A DNA stretch of 64,000 bases, from assembly GCA_963664225.1 (NCBI GenBank), contig OY760937.1:3584001-3648000 (forward strand), read 5' to 3'. Under the pieces are notes generated by a model, which did not search any database, had not been told where the DNA came from, and was given only the letters and a program-made list of their open reading frames with translations. The position numbers and the translations under genes are program-made. This document shows, one piece after another, positions 49,882 through 63,311 of the stretch. The stretch's first letter is position 1; every line of letters starts with the position of its first letter. This DNA comes from Verrucomicrobiia bacterium (GTDB taxonomy: Bacteria; Verrucomicrobiota; Verrucomicrobiia; Limisphaerales; UBA1319).

Positions 49882-52134
49882 TCAGTCAAGGGACGGTGTC
49901 CTTGGTTTAAACGTGATTGTGAGAGCGCCAATATCGCCCAGCGGACGATCGAAGATTCCGTACCCGGCCATGGCATTGTCGGACGTGGCTGTTCCGTTTC
50001 CCACGGTCATCAGCGGAAGCTCTGTCCCCTTCAAATCCACGCCGGTGAAAACTGGCGTGCCAAGATTCATCCCGTCGCATTCGTAGATAAGCGTTGAGTA
50101 TTTGTCCGCATTGGTTCCTCTATCTTCTGCAAGGCTGATGGTGCATTGCCTGGGCCCGGCCGACGTCCCTGTTGCGGCGCGTCCCTTGAGCACGCGAATC
50201 CGTATGGGCACAAGCACATCGTTGACCAGATCGACCTCCTTGCCACGAACCGCCGTGGTGATGGGCGGCGTCGCGCTGAGATTGCTGCCGTGGCGCACCG
50301 GTAATCGGACTCCGGGGAAGTAGAAGACATGGCGTCCGCCAAAGGGTCGGATCTCGAAATGGCTGATCTCAGAAAGTTCCACGGGGCAGTCGAACGAAAT
50401 CACCGGATTGTATCTGCCATTAAAAAAATGCGGAGTGTCCGGGAACACCTTCACGCCTTGCTTTGTGACAACGCAAATCTGGCCCTGGCCGAAATCCTGC
50501 AAACCTTCTCCAATAATGCTGTAAAGAGAACGCCTTGACCCTGGCTGAGAAGGCGGGCCCAGTGGTTGTATGTGTCCATTGGCGCCGACGGAATAACTCT
50601 GATAGACGTGCGGATGAAGGTCGAGAACTCGGAGCGTCCCCGCGCCCATCTGCACGGAAGCGTCCACCTGACAGGGAAGCCGGTAAACGGGATCCTTGGC
50701 CGCATAACTATGAGCGCGAAACCAGATATCCACCTTATCCGGCAGCGCGGTGGTTCCGCGCAATAGGACCGAGCCATTGGTGCAATAGCTTATGGCGGCA
50801 TTATCGACGGACTGGCCAGTCTCGGAATTGAAAAGGCGCAGTTCAAGGACATCGTAAAATGCCGGTCCTGGACTGAGAAATACCTGTGCCTCATCCATCC
50901 AACTCGCGCAGCGGGTGATCGTCGGATCAATTCCTGACTTCGGAACAGGAACGGGATGTCCAACGCCGTCTTCCGTTGTGAGCGTGCCATCGCCATTATT
51001 TCGCACAACGGTGCTGATGGCGAATGTGTTTGGTCCGACTTTGATCTTGAGATTACGGGCTGCAGGCGCTTTCTCGTAGTTCCTATTCCCTGCGGCAACC
51101 AGGCTCGCAGGCCCGAGAATAAGAAGAAATGCGATGCTCATAACCCCAGTCAAAATCGGGGCCCATTTGACCATGCGACCAAATCGAGGCGTCTTTTCCA
51201 AACGGTCCAACCGCCGTCCCAAATTCGAGCTTTCAGCCATGGCAAAGCTCGTCCGGGTCCGGCCCGGTTCGACAATGCTCAAAGCGAACCGCGCCAGACT
51301 GCGCAAGTAGGTCTGGGTGTCGCCGAGAGCCTCGACCGCCTCCGCATCGCTGGCCTCTTCGCACGCGGCCTGGTGCGCCATGGGCATCCGCCAAACCAAA
51401 GGGTGAAACCAGCACAAAGCCTGGATCCACCGCAGCAGGTCATTCCAGAAAAGGTCCCGGTTGCGCACATGGGCTGATTCGTGGGAAAGAATCGCCGCCC
51501 AATCTTCCTGCCACTGGCTTTCCAGAAGATGCCGGGGAACCAGCAGGACCGGGTGTCGCCAGCGGGCCACGCAGGGCGAGGCAAGCGCCGGGTGACTCAG
51601 AATATGAATCGGTTGCACTGACACATGCACTGGCAATAGATCAGGTTCATGGCGTCCGCCTTTTATCAAAAGGTGAACCATCCACTTTCCATACAGAATA
51701 CGGAAAATCATGAGTACCGCTCCAATGCTCCAAAGGAACACCATAATCTCTTCCATGCTCCACGCGGCAAGATCGCGTGCGGGCGCGGGCAGACCATTGC
51801 GATTGGGGGGTGCGGTTGTTTGTGGAATTGACGAAGGATGAACATCGGAATGGGTCAGACTGGCCGGAGGAGTTGTCGGAGCATGAGCGGTTTTGGACGC
51901 TGGAACCCGCCATTCCCAGGCGGGCAACTCATGACAAAGAAGAGGCAGGAGTACGATCATTAGGGCCGCCCCCCGCCACACCGCCCTGCGCCAGCCGGGA
52001 TGAAACTTGTCACATATAAAATGGGCCATCCAGAACAGAATCAGTGCCAAAGTCATTTTGCACAGAACCACCGCCACGAATGGCCACTGGTCCAATTGTC
52101 TGGCGACTTCGAATAACAAACCATGGGTGTTCAT
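49882..52134 (-). CDS. M56 (BlaR1/MecR1-type) metallopeptidase with unknown C-terminal extracytoplasmic domain
   Basis: TM helices, HESAHVRNRD (HExxH), WFHPLVW, CEEASD. ATGA overlap with the BlaI gene. Confidence 0.88.
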   Translation of the reverse strand: MNTHGLLFEVARQLDQWPFVAVVLCKMTLALILFWMAHFICDKFHPGWRRAVWRGAALMIVLLPLLCHELPAWEWRVPASKTAHAPTTPPASLTHSDVHPSSIPQTTAPPNRNGLPAPARDLAAWSMEEIMVFLWSIGAVLMIFRILYGKWMVHLLIKGGRHEPDLLPVHVSVQPIHILSHPALASPCVARWRHPVLLVPRHLLESQWQEDWAAILSHESAHVRNRDLFWNDLLRWIQALCWFHPLVWRMPMAHQAACEEASDAEAVEALGDTQTYLRSLARFALSIVEPGRTRTSFAMAESSNLGRRLDRLEKTPRFGRMVKWAPILTGVMSIAFLLILGPASLVAAGNRNYEKAPAARNLKIKVGPNTFAISTVVRNNGDGTLTTEDGVGHPVPVPKSGIDPTITRCASWMDEAQVFLSPGPAFYDVLELRLFNSETGQSVDNAAISYCTNGSVLLRGTTALPDKVDIWFRAHSYAAKDPVYRLPCQVDASVQMGAGTLRVLDLHPHVYQSYSVGANGHIQPLGPPSQPGSRRSLYSIIGEGLQDFGQGQICVVTKQGVKVFPDTPHFFNGRYNPVISFDCPVELSEISHFEIRPFGGRHVFYFPGVRLPVRHGSNLSATPPITTAVRGKEVDLVNDVLVPIRIRVLKGRAATGTSAGPRQCTISLAEDRGTNADKYSTLIYECDGMNLGTPVFTGVDLKGTELPLMTVGNGTATSDNAMAGYGIFDRPLGDIGALTITFKPRTPSLD

Positions 52135-52502
52135 GCCTTGGCGCCCCCGGTTTCTTTTTGGGTCAGTTTTCTCAGGCGCAGCAGTTCCTTCTTCGAGTAT
52201 TTCTCCTCGGCGATCAGATGCTGCAACATGGCCTCCTTCGATCCGTTGAAAAAGGTTTCCGCCAATTGCTGGCACATGGTCTGAAAGGCGGATTTCGGCT
52301 TTGTTTTGGCTGTATACAGGAAGGCCTTCCCCACAAGCCGCCGGGTCACATGCCCTTTCTCAACAAGAATGGCCAGATAGGACCGGAGCGCGGGATTTTT
52401 GATGGGCTCGGAAAATTCCTTCTGGATGTCCGCGGGTTTGAGTTCTCCTTGCCGCCAAAGGATGCGCATGACTTTGATCTCTCCATCGGTGAATTTCACC
52501 AT
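52131..52502 (-). CDS. BlaI/MecI/CopY family repressor
   Basis: FTDGEIKVMRILW, LVEKGHVTR...GKAFLY, FFNGS. Confidence 0.9.
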   Translation of the reverse strand: MVKFTDGEIKVMRILWRQGELKPADIQKEFSEPIKNPALRSYLAILVEKGHVTRRLVGKAFLYTAKTKPKSAFQTMCQQLAETFFNGSKEAMLQHLIAEEKYSKKELLRLRKLTQKETGGAKA

Positions 52503-52512
52503 GCAGATAATA

Positions 52513-52560
52513 TGCAGATACATCTGCACATAGGCAAGCTCAAATGCAGATACATCTGCA
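52513..52560. promoter_or_regulatory. Twin palindromic operator for the BlaI-like repressor
   Basis: TGCAGAT-AC-ATCTGCA at 52513-52528 and 52545-52560. Confidence 0.8.
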
Positions 52561-52580
52561 CATCATCCTTGGAACCTGAA

Positions 52581-52632
52581 AACCGCCGCTTCAAACCGCA
52601 TAAAAAAGGCAGGCTTTTCAGGCCTGCCTTTT
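52581..52632. terminator. Direct repeat copy 2 / terminator of the PFOR operon
   Basis: AAAAGGCAGGC-TTTTCAG-GCCTGCCTTTT perfect stem downstream of the DHOD-like gene. Confidence 0.85.
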
Positions 52633-52659
52633 CAATTAACAGCTACTTCGCGAACCCGA

Positions 52660-53655
52660 TCAGGCGGGTTTGAAGTTGTGGATGGCGCGCATGTAGTGCG
52701 CGCGTTCGAACGCGCTGGGATCGGGGCAGTTCTTCTGGCTGACGCTTCCCATCATCTGTTGAACGGACTCGTATTCGTGCTCCGTCATCCAGGCCGCCAT
52801 GTCGTTTTCGATGACGCGAATCTGGTCGATGCCGTGCTTGTAAAGAACCGAGCAGAGCATGGTGACATTGGCGCCGGCCATGAGCATTTTGATCACGTCC
52901 TGCGCGGTGTGAATGCCGCTGGTCGCCGCGAGGTTGGCTTGCACCCGGCCATAGAGCATGGCGATCCAGCGCAAGGGCAGGCGGCGGGCCTGCGGCGTGC
53001 TCAGCAGCACGTTGGGCTCGACTTCGAGCGTTTCCAGATCGATGTCCGGCTGATAAAACCGGTTGAACAGAACCAGGCCGTTCGCGCCCGCGTCATCGAG
53101 CCGCTTGGCCATGTTGGCAAAGCTGCTGAAGAACGGGCTGACTTTCACGGCGACAGGCAGTTTCACGGAGGCCTTCACAGCCTTGAGAATATCCAGGTAG
53201 GTCTGCTCCACCTGGACGGACGTGAGATTGAAGTCCGTGGGAATGTAATAAATGTTCAGCTCGATCGCGTCGGCTCCAGCCTCCTGGATTTTCTTCGCGT
53301 AGTCGATCCATCCGCCCGTGGAGGTGCCGTTCAAGCTCGCGATGATCGGAATCTTGACCGATTTCTTGGCCTTGGCGATGTGCTCGAGATAATCCTCGGG
53401 CCCGAGGCGGTATTCGGAGGATTCGGGGAAATAGCTCAGCGCTTCCGCGAAGCTTTCCGTGCCGTGCTCCATGTGATGATCCAGCTCATACTGCTCGAGG
53501 GTGAGTTGCTCCTCGAAGAGCGAATGCAGGACCACGGCGCTGGCGCCGGCGTCTTCCATTTGTTTGATGTTGGACAGATCGGCGCAGAGGGAGCAGGCCG
53601 AGGGCACCAGCGGGGTGCGTAATTTTAAGCCGAGATAGGTTGTGCTAAGATCCAT
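52660..53655 (-). CDS. Dihydroorotate dehydrogenase-like flavoprotein (PFOR-associated)
   Basis: YLGLKL.TP, SLFEEQ, IASLNG, ELN, VKVSP, LFNRFYQPDID. Confidence 0.88.
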   Translation of the reverse strand: MDLSTTYLGLKLRTPLVPSACSLCADLSNIKQMEDAGASAVVLHSLFEEQLTLEQYELDHHMEHGTESFAEALSYFPESSEYRLGPEDYLEHIAKAKKSVKIPIIASLNGTSTGGWIDYAKKIQEAGADAIELNIYYIPTDFNLTSVQVEQTYLDILKAVKASVKLPVAVKVSPFFSSFANMAKRLDDAGANGLVLFNRFYQPDIDLETLEVEPNVLLSTPQARRLPLRWIAMLYGRVQANLAATSGIHTAQDVIKMLMAGANVTMLCSVLYKHGIDQIRVIENDMAAWMTEHEYESVQQMMGSVSQKNCPDPSAFERAHYMRAIHNFKPA

Positions 53656-53732
53656 TGGGTTCCTTATTTCAATAATATTTTATAAATTATGTCCGGCCCG
53701 CGCTAATGGGCGGGCCGGACCTGATATTTATC

Positions 53733-57330
<3,598 letters not shown>

Positions 57331-57341
<11 letters not shown>

Positions 57342-57582
57342 TTTCTATTTCTTCCAGTTCCTGAATTTGCTCCAAGTATTTGAACACCTGCCGGGCTTCT
57401 GCCTCATCGACAATGCTGATGGCAAACCCAACATGGACCACTACGTAATCACCCACCTTGGCTTCGGGCACGTAGGCGAGGTTTATTTCCTTGATGACAC
57501 CGCCGAAGCTCACCTTGCCGGAGCGCAACAACGCGTCCTCATTGGACACCTCTAAAATCTGACCTGGTACGGCTAAACACAT
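57331..57582 (-). CDS. hypC: [NiFe]-hydrogenase maturation chaperone
   Basis: MCLAVPG, VGDYVVVHVGFA. Confidence 0.95.
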
Positions 57583-57589
57583 AATAAAC

Positions 57590-59974
57590 TTACTGAGCGG
57601 ACAATCCCGCAGGCTTGTCCTGACCGGTTTCCCGGCGCAGTGCGGCTTGCGACCATCCGGCCGCTGCCAACTGGCCCAGCGCAATCCCTCCATCGTTGGG
57701 CGGAATCCGTTGGTGCCAATAGGGACGGAACCCCTCGCGGACCAGCCGCCCCACCGCCCGTTCTGTCAAATACCGGTTCTGAAAACACCCGCCCGTCAGC
57801 ACCACCCGTTCCTGCCCCACCAGCCTTGCCACCCCGATCACAGCTTCCACCATGGAATTGTGAAATCTGGCCGCGATGATGCCGACCGGTATTTTTCTGC
57901 GCACGTCCTCCAAAATACCCCATATCAGTGGTTCCCAGTCAACTATAATAGATGCTTGTGGGTTTCCCGCCGCGCCATGAGCATTGCTTATATTATGGAT
58001 TACCTCCTGCGGATCCATCTGCCGATCCAGCCGCATCGGGTAGGCCGCCTCCGTCGCCACCCCCCTGAGCGACCACTCCAGCCTTTGCGCCGATTGCCCT
58101 TCGTAACGCGTTTCCTGCCCCAAACCAACGAGCGATCCCACCGCGTCGAATATCCGCCCCGCGCTGGTCGTCACCGGCGCGTTCAGATCTTTCTCGAGCA
58201 TGGCTCCTATAATGCGCAATTCCGTGGCCGAAAAGGCTTTGACCGGCGCCAGGTCCCCCATGGTCAGAACCTCCGGGCCGAACATTTCGTAAAGCAGCCC
58301 CAGCGCCGTCCGTCGCGGCTCTTTGATGGCCTTTTCCCCACCCGGCAGGCGAAACGAACGAAAGGTCGCCAACCGTCGAAACGAAACGCCGGTGACGCTC
58401 AAAAACTCTCCGCCCCAAATGGTTCCGTCCAGACCGTAGCCGGTCCCATCCCAGGAAACTCCCAAAACCGGCGGTTCGAGATCGTTTTCCGCCATGCACG
58501 CCGCCACGTGCGCATGATGATGCTGCACGGCCACCACCGGCAGACCGTTCTTTCTGGCGAACTGCGTCGATTGATAATCCGGGTGCGCATCGCAAACGAT
58601 CGTTTCGGGGTGGTGCCCGTAAAGCCCCTGCAGGCTTACAAGGGTGGTTTGGAACGCCTCGAAGGCGGCTGCCGTTTCCAGATCGCCGATGTGCTGGCTC
58701 ACAAAAATCGCCTTGCCCCTCGAGAGGGCGATGGTGTTCTTGAGTTGGCCGCCCACAGCGAGCATCGGGGGCAGGGAACGGCGCACCATGATCGGTAAAG
58801 GTGCATAACCACGCGCCCGGCGCATCACCAATTCCCGCCCAACCATGATCCGCGCCACCGAATCGTCCACCTGCCGCACCACCGGTCGGTTATGGACGAG
58901 ATAAAAGTCGGCGATCCCTCTCAACCGCTCCAGCGCCTCGTGTTCATCGATGCAAATAGGCTCATCAGAGAGGTTTCCACTCGTCGCCACAATGGGTCCG
59001 CCCAGGTCGGCCATTAACAAGTGATGCAGCGGGGTATAGGGGAGCATCGCGCCGATGAAGGGATTATTCGGAGCCACTCCGGGTGCAATGGCGCTGTTCA
59101 ACCCACTGCTAAGTATTTCAAGTAGAACGATGGGCGCTTCCGGCGATTTCAGCAATCGCTCCTCCAGCGCGGAGACATCACAAACCGCGCGAATGGATTC
59201 CATGGAGGGAAACATCAGCGCGAAAGGCTTCTCCTCGCGGTGTTTACGCTGACGCAGTTTTTGCACCGCCACCTCGTTGCGGGCATCCACCAGCAGTTGA
59301 AATCCTCCCAGGCCTTTGAGTGCGACCACATGACCCGCCTGGAGGGCTTGGACCGCAGTCCTTAGAGCTTCATCCTTCTGCGCCAATGGTTTGCCATCCG
59401 AATCCCACCATTCCAATTGCGGCCCGCAAACCGGGCAGGCATTGGGCTGGGCATGAAACCGCCGATTGGCCGGATCCTCGTATTCCTTCTGGCAATCGGG
59501 ACACATGGGAAACCCCTTCATGCTGGTATGCGCGCGATCATAAGGTAGCGCCTCAATAATACTGTAGCGCGGACCGCAATGGGTGCAGTTTGTAAAAGGG
59601 TAACGATAACGCCTGTTGGAAACGTCAAATATGTCGCAAAAACAGTCCTTGCATGTGGCAATATCGGGTAAAACGAGCGCGGTTTTTTCACCGGCTTCAC
59701 TGGGGCGAATCTCGAAAGTGGAATGACCCACGGGGTCCAGCCAGGAGTGTTCCAGACTCGTAATGAAGGCGTGCGGCGGTTTTTCGGCCTCCAGACGCAG
59801 GAGAAATACTTTTAAAACATCCTGCGCCCCTTCGACTTCGATCCAAACGCCTTGGGAATTGTTGTTCACCCACCCCTTCAGCGCGAGTTCCTGCGCGAGT
59901 CGGAACACAAAGGGTCGGAATCCAACGCCTTGCACCGCGCCGCCAATGAGGACTTTGAGGCGAATCATTTGCAT
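57590..59974 (-). CDS. hypF: Carbamoyltransferase for hydrogenase maturation
   Basis: GAVQGVGFRPF, CxxC zinc fingers, RRFHAQP, QHHHAH, DGTGYG, NDGGIALGQ. Start 59974 or 59968. Confidence 0.96.
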   Translation of the reverse strand: MQMIRLKVLIGGAVQGVGFRPFVFRLAQELALKGWVNNNSQGVWIEVEGAQDVLKVFLLRLEAEKPPHAFITSLEHSWLDPVGHSTFEIRPSEAGEKTALVLPDIATCKDCFCDIFDVSNRRYRYPFTNCTHCGPRYSIIEALPYDRAHTSMKGFPMCPDCQKEYEDPANRRFHAQPNACPVCGPQLEWWDSDGKPLAQKDEALRTAVQALQAGHVVALKGLGGFQLLVDARNEVAVQKLRQRKHREEKPFALMFPSMESIRAVCDVSALEERLLKSPEAPIVLLEILSSGLNSAIAPGVAPNNPFIGAMLPYTPLHHLLMADLGGPIVATSGNLSDEPICIDEHEALERLRGIADFYLVHNRPVVRQVDDSVARIMVGRELVMRRARGYAPLPIMVRRSLPPMLAVGGQLKNTIALSRGKAIFVSQHIGDLETAAAFEAFQTTLVSLQGLYGHHPETIVCDAHPDYQSTQFARKNGLPVVAVQHHHAHVAACMAENDLEPPVLGVSWDGTGYGLDGTIWGGEFLSVTGVSFRRLATFRSFRLPGGEKAIKEPRRTALGLLYEMFGPEVLTMGDLAPVKAFSATELRIIGAMLEKDLNAPVTTSAGRIFDAVGSLVGLGQETRYEGQSAQRLEWSLRGVATEAAYPMRLDRQMDPQEVIHNISNAHGAAGNPQASIIVDWEPLIWGILEDVRRKIPVGIIAARFHNSMVEAVIGVARLVGQERVVLTGGCFQNRYLTERAVGRLVREGFRPYWHQRIPPNDGGIALGQLAAAGWSQAALRRETGQDKPAGLSAQ

Positions 59975-59981
59975 ACTGTAT

Positions 59982-59997
59982 TGCAATCAAAGTGCCC
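59982..59997 (-). promoter_or_regulatory. Putative sigma54 promoter of hypF operon
   Basis: Minus strand GGGCAC-TTTGA-TTGCA matches GGCAC-N5-TTGC. Confidence 0.55.
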
Positions 59998-60307
59998 GCA
60001 ACTTTCGTCCGACTCAAGGGTGGTATTTGCGGAAAACGCGATTTGGTTGCAGGACGAAATTCTTTGGCAAACGGCAAACCCTAAAAACGCCATTTAGGTA
60101 TGTGGGGCGAACTGACTCATGCAACGGAATGAATGGCGGGGGCAGTCCCCTGCAAGCTGCCAACGCAACGTCACCAACCGCGCGATTCCATTCTATCGTC
60201 CCGCGAGGCACGCGCGGGCGGAGCCAGACAGGGCCCGCTTTGTTGAGTTGACAGAATGTGGCTTTGGCCATTGACGTCAGGCAACCATATTGCGCATAAG
60301 TTACGCA

Positions 60308-61276
60308 ATGGCCCCCATCATCAAATTCGATCGCATCACGAAGGTTTATCAGGGCCGTCAGATTGGCTTGGCGGATGTCTCCTTTTGCCTGCCATCGGGG
60401 TCAACCATCGGGCTGTTGGGTGCCAACGGTTCCGGAAAATCGACCGTGATGCGCCTGGCGTTGGGATTAATCACGCCCAGCGCCGGCGAAGTCGAGGTGT
60501 TTGGGCAGCGCATGAAACCTGCCTCCAAAGCGCTTCGGCAGCGCATTGGGTTTCTGTCGGACGACCCGGTGTTCCCAAAGGACTTGAGCGCCATTGGTTA
60601 CCTGACCTTCGTCGGAAAATGTTTCGGATTGGACAGCCGGGAACGGCATTCAAGGATGGGATCGCTGCTCCGGGCGGTGGGCCTTATGGATGACGCCGGT
60701 CGGAAAATAGGGACGTATTCGACCGGCATGAAGACACGCCTTGGCATCGCCGCGTCGCTCATGAACGATCCCGAGCTGTTGGTTTGGGATGAACCCACGG
60801 CGGGGCTTGATCCCATCAGCCGTCGCCAAACCCTGGAGTTGGTGGAACAATTTCGCGGCAAGAAAACCGTCCTTCTCAGCTCGCATATCCTGGGTGACAT
60901 CGACCGGGTGTGCGATCGGTTGCTGGTCCTCAACAAAGGCCAGCGTCTTTTTGAGGGATCTCGTTCCGAACTGGAGGATTTGCTGCCCAAGAGCGTCCTG
61001 GAGTTGCGCATGTCCGGAGCCACCGATGTTTTTCGCGCCGCCGTGCGGGACCGGCTCCAACGCGTTGACTACTCCCAGGATAATCGGCGATTGCGCATTG
61101 AGATGGGCTCGGGCGAGTCCGTGGGCGATGTCGTTGAGTCGCTATTGAAGCTGGCCCGGGAAACCGATGTCCAGATCGAAGGAGTGAACTCGACTGGCAG
61201 ACAACTTGAGGACGCCTATTTGAAACTGATCAGCGAGGACGAATTCAGCGGATTCCTCCGAGTCACCAAAAAATGA
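60308..61276 (+). CDS. ABC-2 type transporter ATP-binding protein
   Basis: GANGSGKST, YSTGMK, LVWDEPTAGLDP, SSH. Confidence 0.92.
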   Translation: MAPIIKFDRITKVYQGRQIGLADVSFCLPSGSTIGLLGANGSGKSTVMRLALGLITPSAGEVEVFGQRMKPASKALRQRIGFLSDDPVFPKDLSAIGYLTFVGKCFGLDSRERHSRMGSLLRAVGLMDDAGRKIGTYSTGMKTRLGIAASLMNDPELLVWDEPTAGLDPISRRQTLELVEQFRGKKTVLLSSHILGDIDRVCDRLLVLNKGQRLFEGSRSELEDLLPKSVLELRMSGATDVFRAAVRDRLQRVDYSQDNRRLRIEMGSGESVGDVVESLLKLARETDVQIEGVNSTGRQLEDAYLKLISEDEFSGFLRVTKK

Positions 61277-61280
61277 TCCC

Positions 61281-63030
61281 ATGACCCCCAGGAATCCAAC
61301 GATGACTCCCGATGCTGAAGGCCTGAAGAGCGTTCCTGACACTCTCTCCTCCCTGAACGGCGGCCGAAAAACGCCCTCGCGCTGGCAGTCGATCGGGCTC
61401 TTTGTGCGCGCTGACATGGAGGCGATCTGGCGGTCATGGCTCTGCCGTGGCTTTTTTTGTGGCAAGCGCTCTGATCTCGCTTTTGTTGCTTAAGGGCATG
61501 CAGGCAGAGCAAAAAGCAGCCAGCCAGATGCTCGAGGCCGTGTATGCCACCTATCTTCTGGTCTGGATGCATGGCGTGGTTTTCATCGCCGGCGCCGCAC
61601 TGATGCGCGAAGCCGATTGCCTGAACGAGGCGATCCTTTGCCGGGGCGTCACACGCGGCGAATACATCACGGGCAAACTGATCGCCCGATGCCTCGCGGT
61701 CGTCATCATGATCGCCGGTGTATTGCTTCCATCGAGTTTCTGGGCGATTCGACAGGACAAACTGGTGCGCACCCAGGATGGCTTCGTCACTTCCGCCGCG
61801 CGAAACATCAAGGTGGAAGCCTGGGAGCCGAAGAAGATTTTCGTCGAGGTCAGCGGCACGATCAAGGAGATGAAACTCCAGGTCGGGGACGCCGTGCGGG
61901 CCGGGGATGTCCTGGCGACGCTGGATGACCGCACCATATTCGATGAACTGGAAACCGAACGGCGCAACGAGGAGAACGCCCACAACGAGGTGGTCAATGC
62001 CGGACGCCGCGTGGAAGACGCCCGACGCAATGTGGCCCAGGCCGAGGACGCCATGGAACGCGCGGAACGCGGCCTGATCAACAAGGACATGCTCAGCCAG
62101 GCCGAACAGGCGGACCGCCAGACCGACATCCGTGCCCGCAAACGGGACCTCAAGAATTCCGAGAGCCTTCTTCGGGTGGCTGAGGACGCCATCGCTCCCG
62201 CGGAGCGTGCGGTCGAGACCGCTCAGGCCCGGGTGCGCGAATCCCGGCGTCGTCTTGGCCATGTTTCCGTAACCGCTCCGATCCCAGGCTACGTGACCGA
62301 GGTCCTGGCCAACCCCGCGCAGTTCGTCAACGTGGGAACACAACTGGCCACCATCGCCCCTTTGGACGAATACCTCGTGCGCGTGCCGATTTATAAATAC
62401 GACGAGTTCAAGCGCCTGAAAACCGGCCTTACCGCGTACGTGAAGATCGAGGCCAGCGAATACAAGGGCACCATCGAGCGGCTTGGCGCGATGACACAGC
62501 CGGACCGCTGGGGTCGCGACAGCAATTATGCAATCGTCCGTTTCAAAGGGGACGGCGCGCTCGGGTTGCTGGGATTACCGGCCGATGTCAAACTGATCCT
62601 GCCCCCACCCAAGGAGGTGCCCAACCGGATGATGGCCATGTTGAACACGCTCACGGGACAAAACGCCGACAGCGCAATCGGGCGTTCCGCTTCGGTCACC
62701 ACGGGTTGGATGTTCATTGGACTTGGGAAGGTCATCGGCAGCGCCTGTCTGCTGGTGACGCTGACGCTGACGCTTCTGACACTCTTTCGCAACTCCCTCA
62801 CGGCCATTCTCAGTGTCATCGGGCTCTATCACATTTCCAATCTGTTGTTCGATTTCGTCGGTCTGCGGGACATTTCGTATCTGGAAATGGTCGCCAACAT
62901 GGCCAAGGTCCTGGGCGGAGTCGCCAAGCCTGTCGATGAGCTCACTGTCCTCGCGTGGCTCTTTGGACTGGCGGCGGCCTTCGGCGCATTGACCATCGGG
63001 CTTTTCATCTCGAGGGATCCGGTGAAATGA
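61281..63030 (+). CDS. ABC-2 permease with inserted HlyD/MFP adaptor domain; frameshift at T7 (61452-61458)
   Basis: Removing one T joins ...WRSWLCRGFF to VASALISLLL and gives a 582-aa product. Permease motif AILCRGVTRGEYITGK, lipoyl-like VSGTIKEM..QVGDAV..GDVL, coiled coil, APIPGYV, then further TMs ending FISRD. Confidence 0.75.
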
Positions 63031-63037
63031 GGAGCGA

Positions 63038-63311
63038 ATGAAGTATTTCCAAATCATCTTTTTCAGCCTGGTTCTTGCGGGGCTTTCAGTGTTGGCAGAA
63101 CCGGCAGCCAGACCGCCAGGCGAGGTCTTCGGCATTCAAAGGTCTCATGACGCAGACCTGTTGGTGCTTCTGGATGGAAGTCGATTGACGGGCACGCTTC
63201 TGAACAAAACCTTCGCCTTGAGGACGGCCTATGCCCCATTGAAGTTCGAGAGCGGGATGCTGGCCGGAATCGATTTGGAGAGCGGTGACCAAAAGGGCGA
63301 GGTCATTTTAA
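63038..63311 (+). pseudogene. Exported protein truncated by IS insertion
   Basis: Signal peptide and DLLVLLDGSRLTGTL; the frame runs into the IS end at 63312. Confidence 0.65.
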
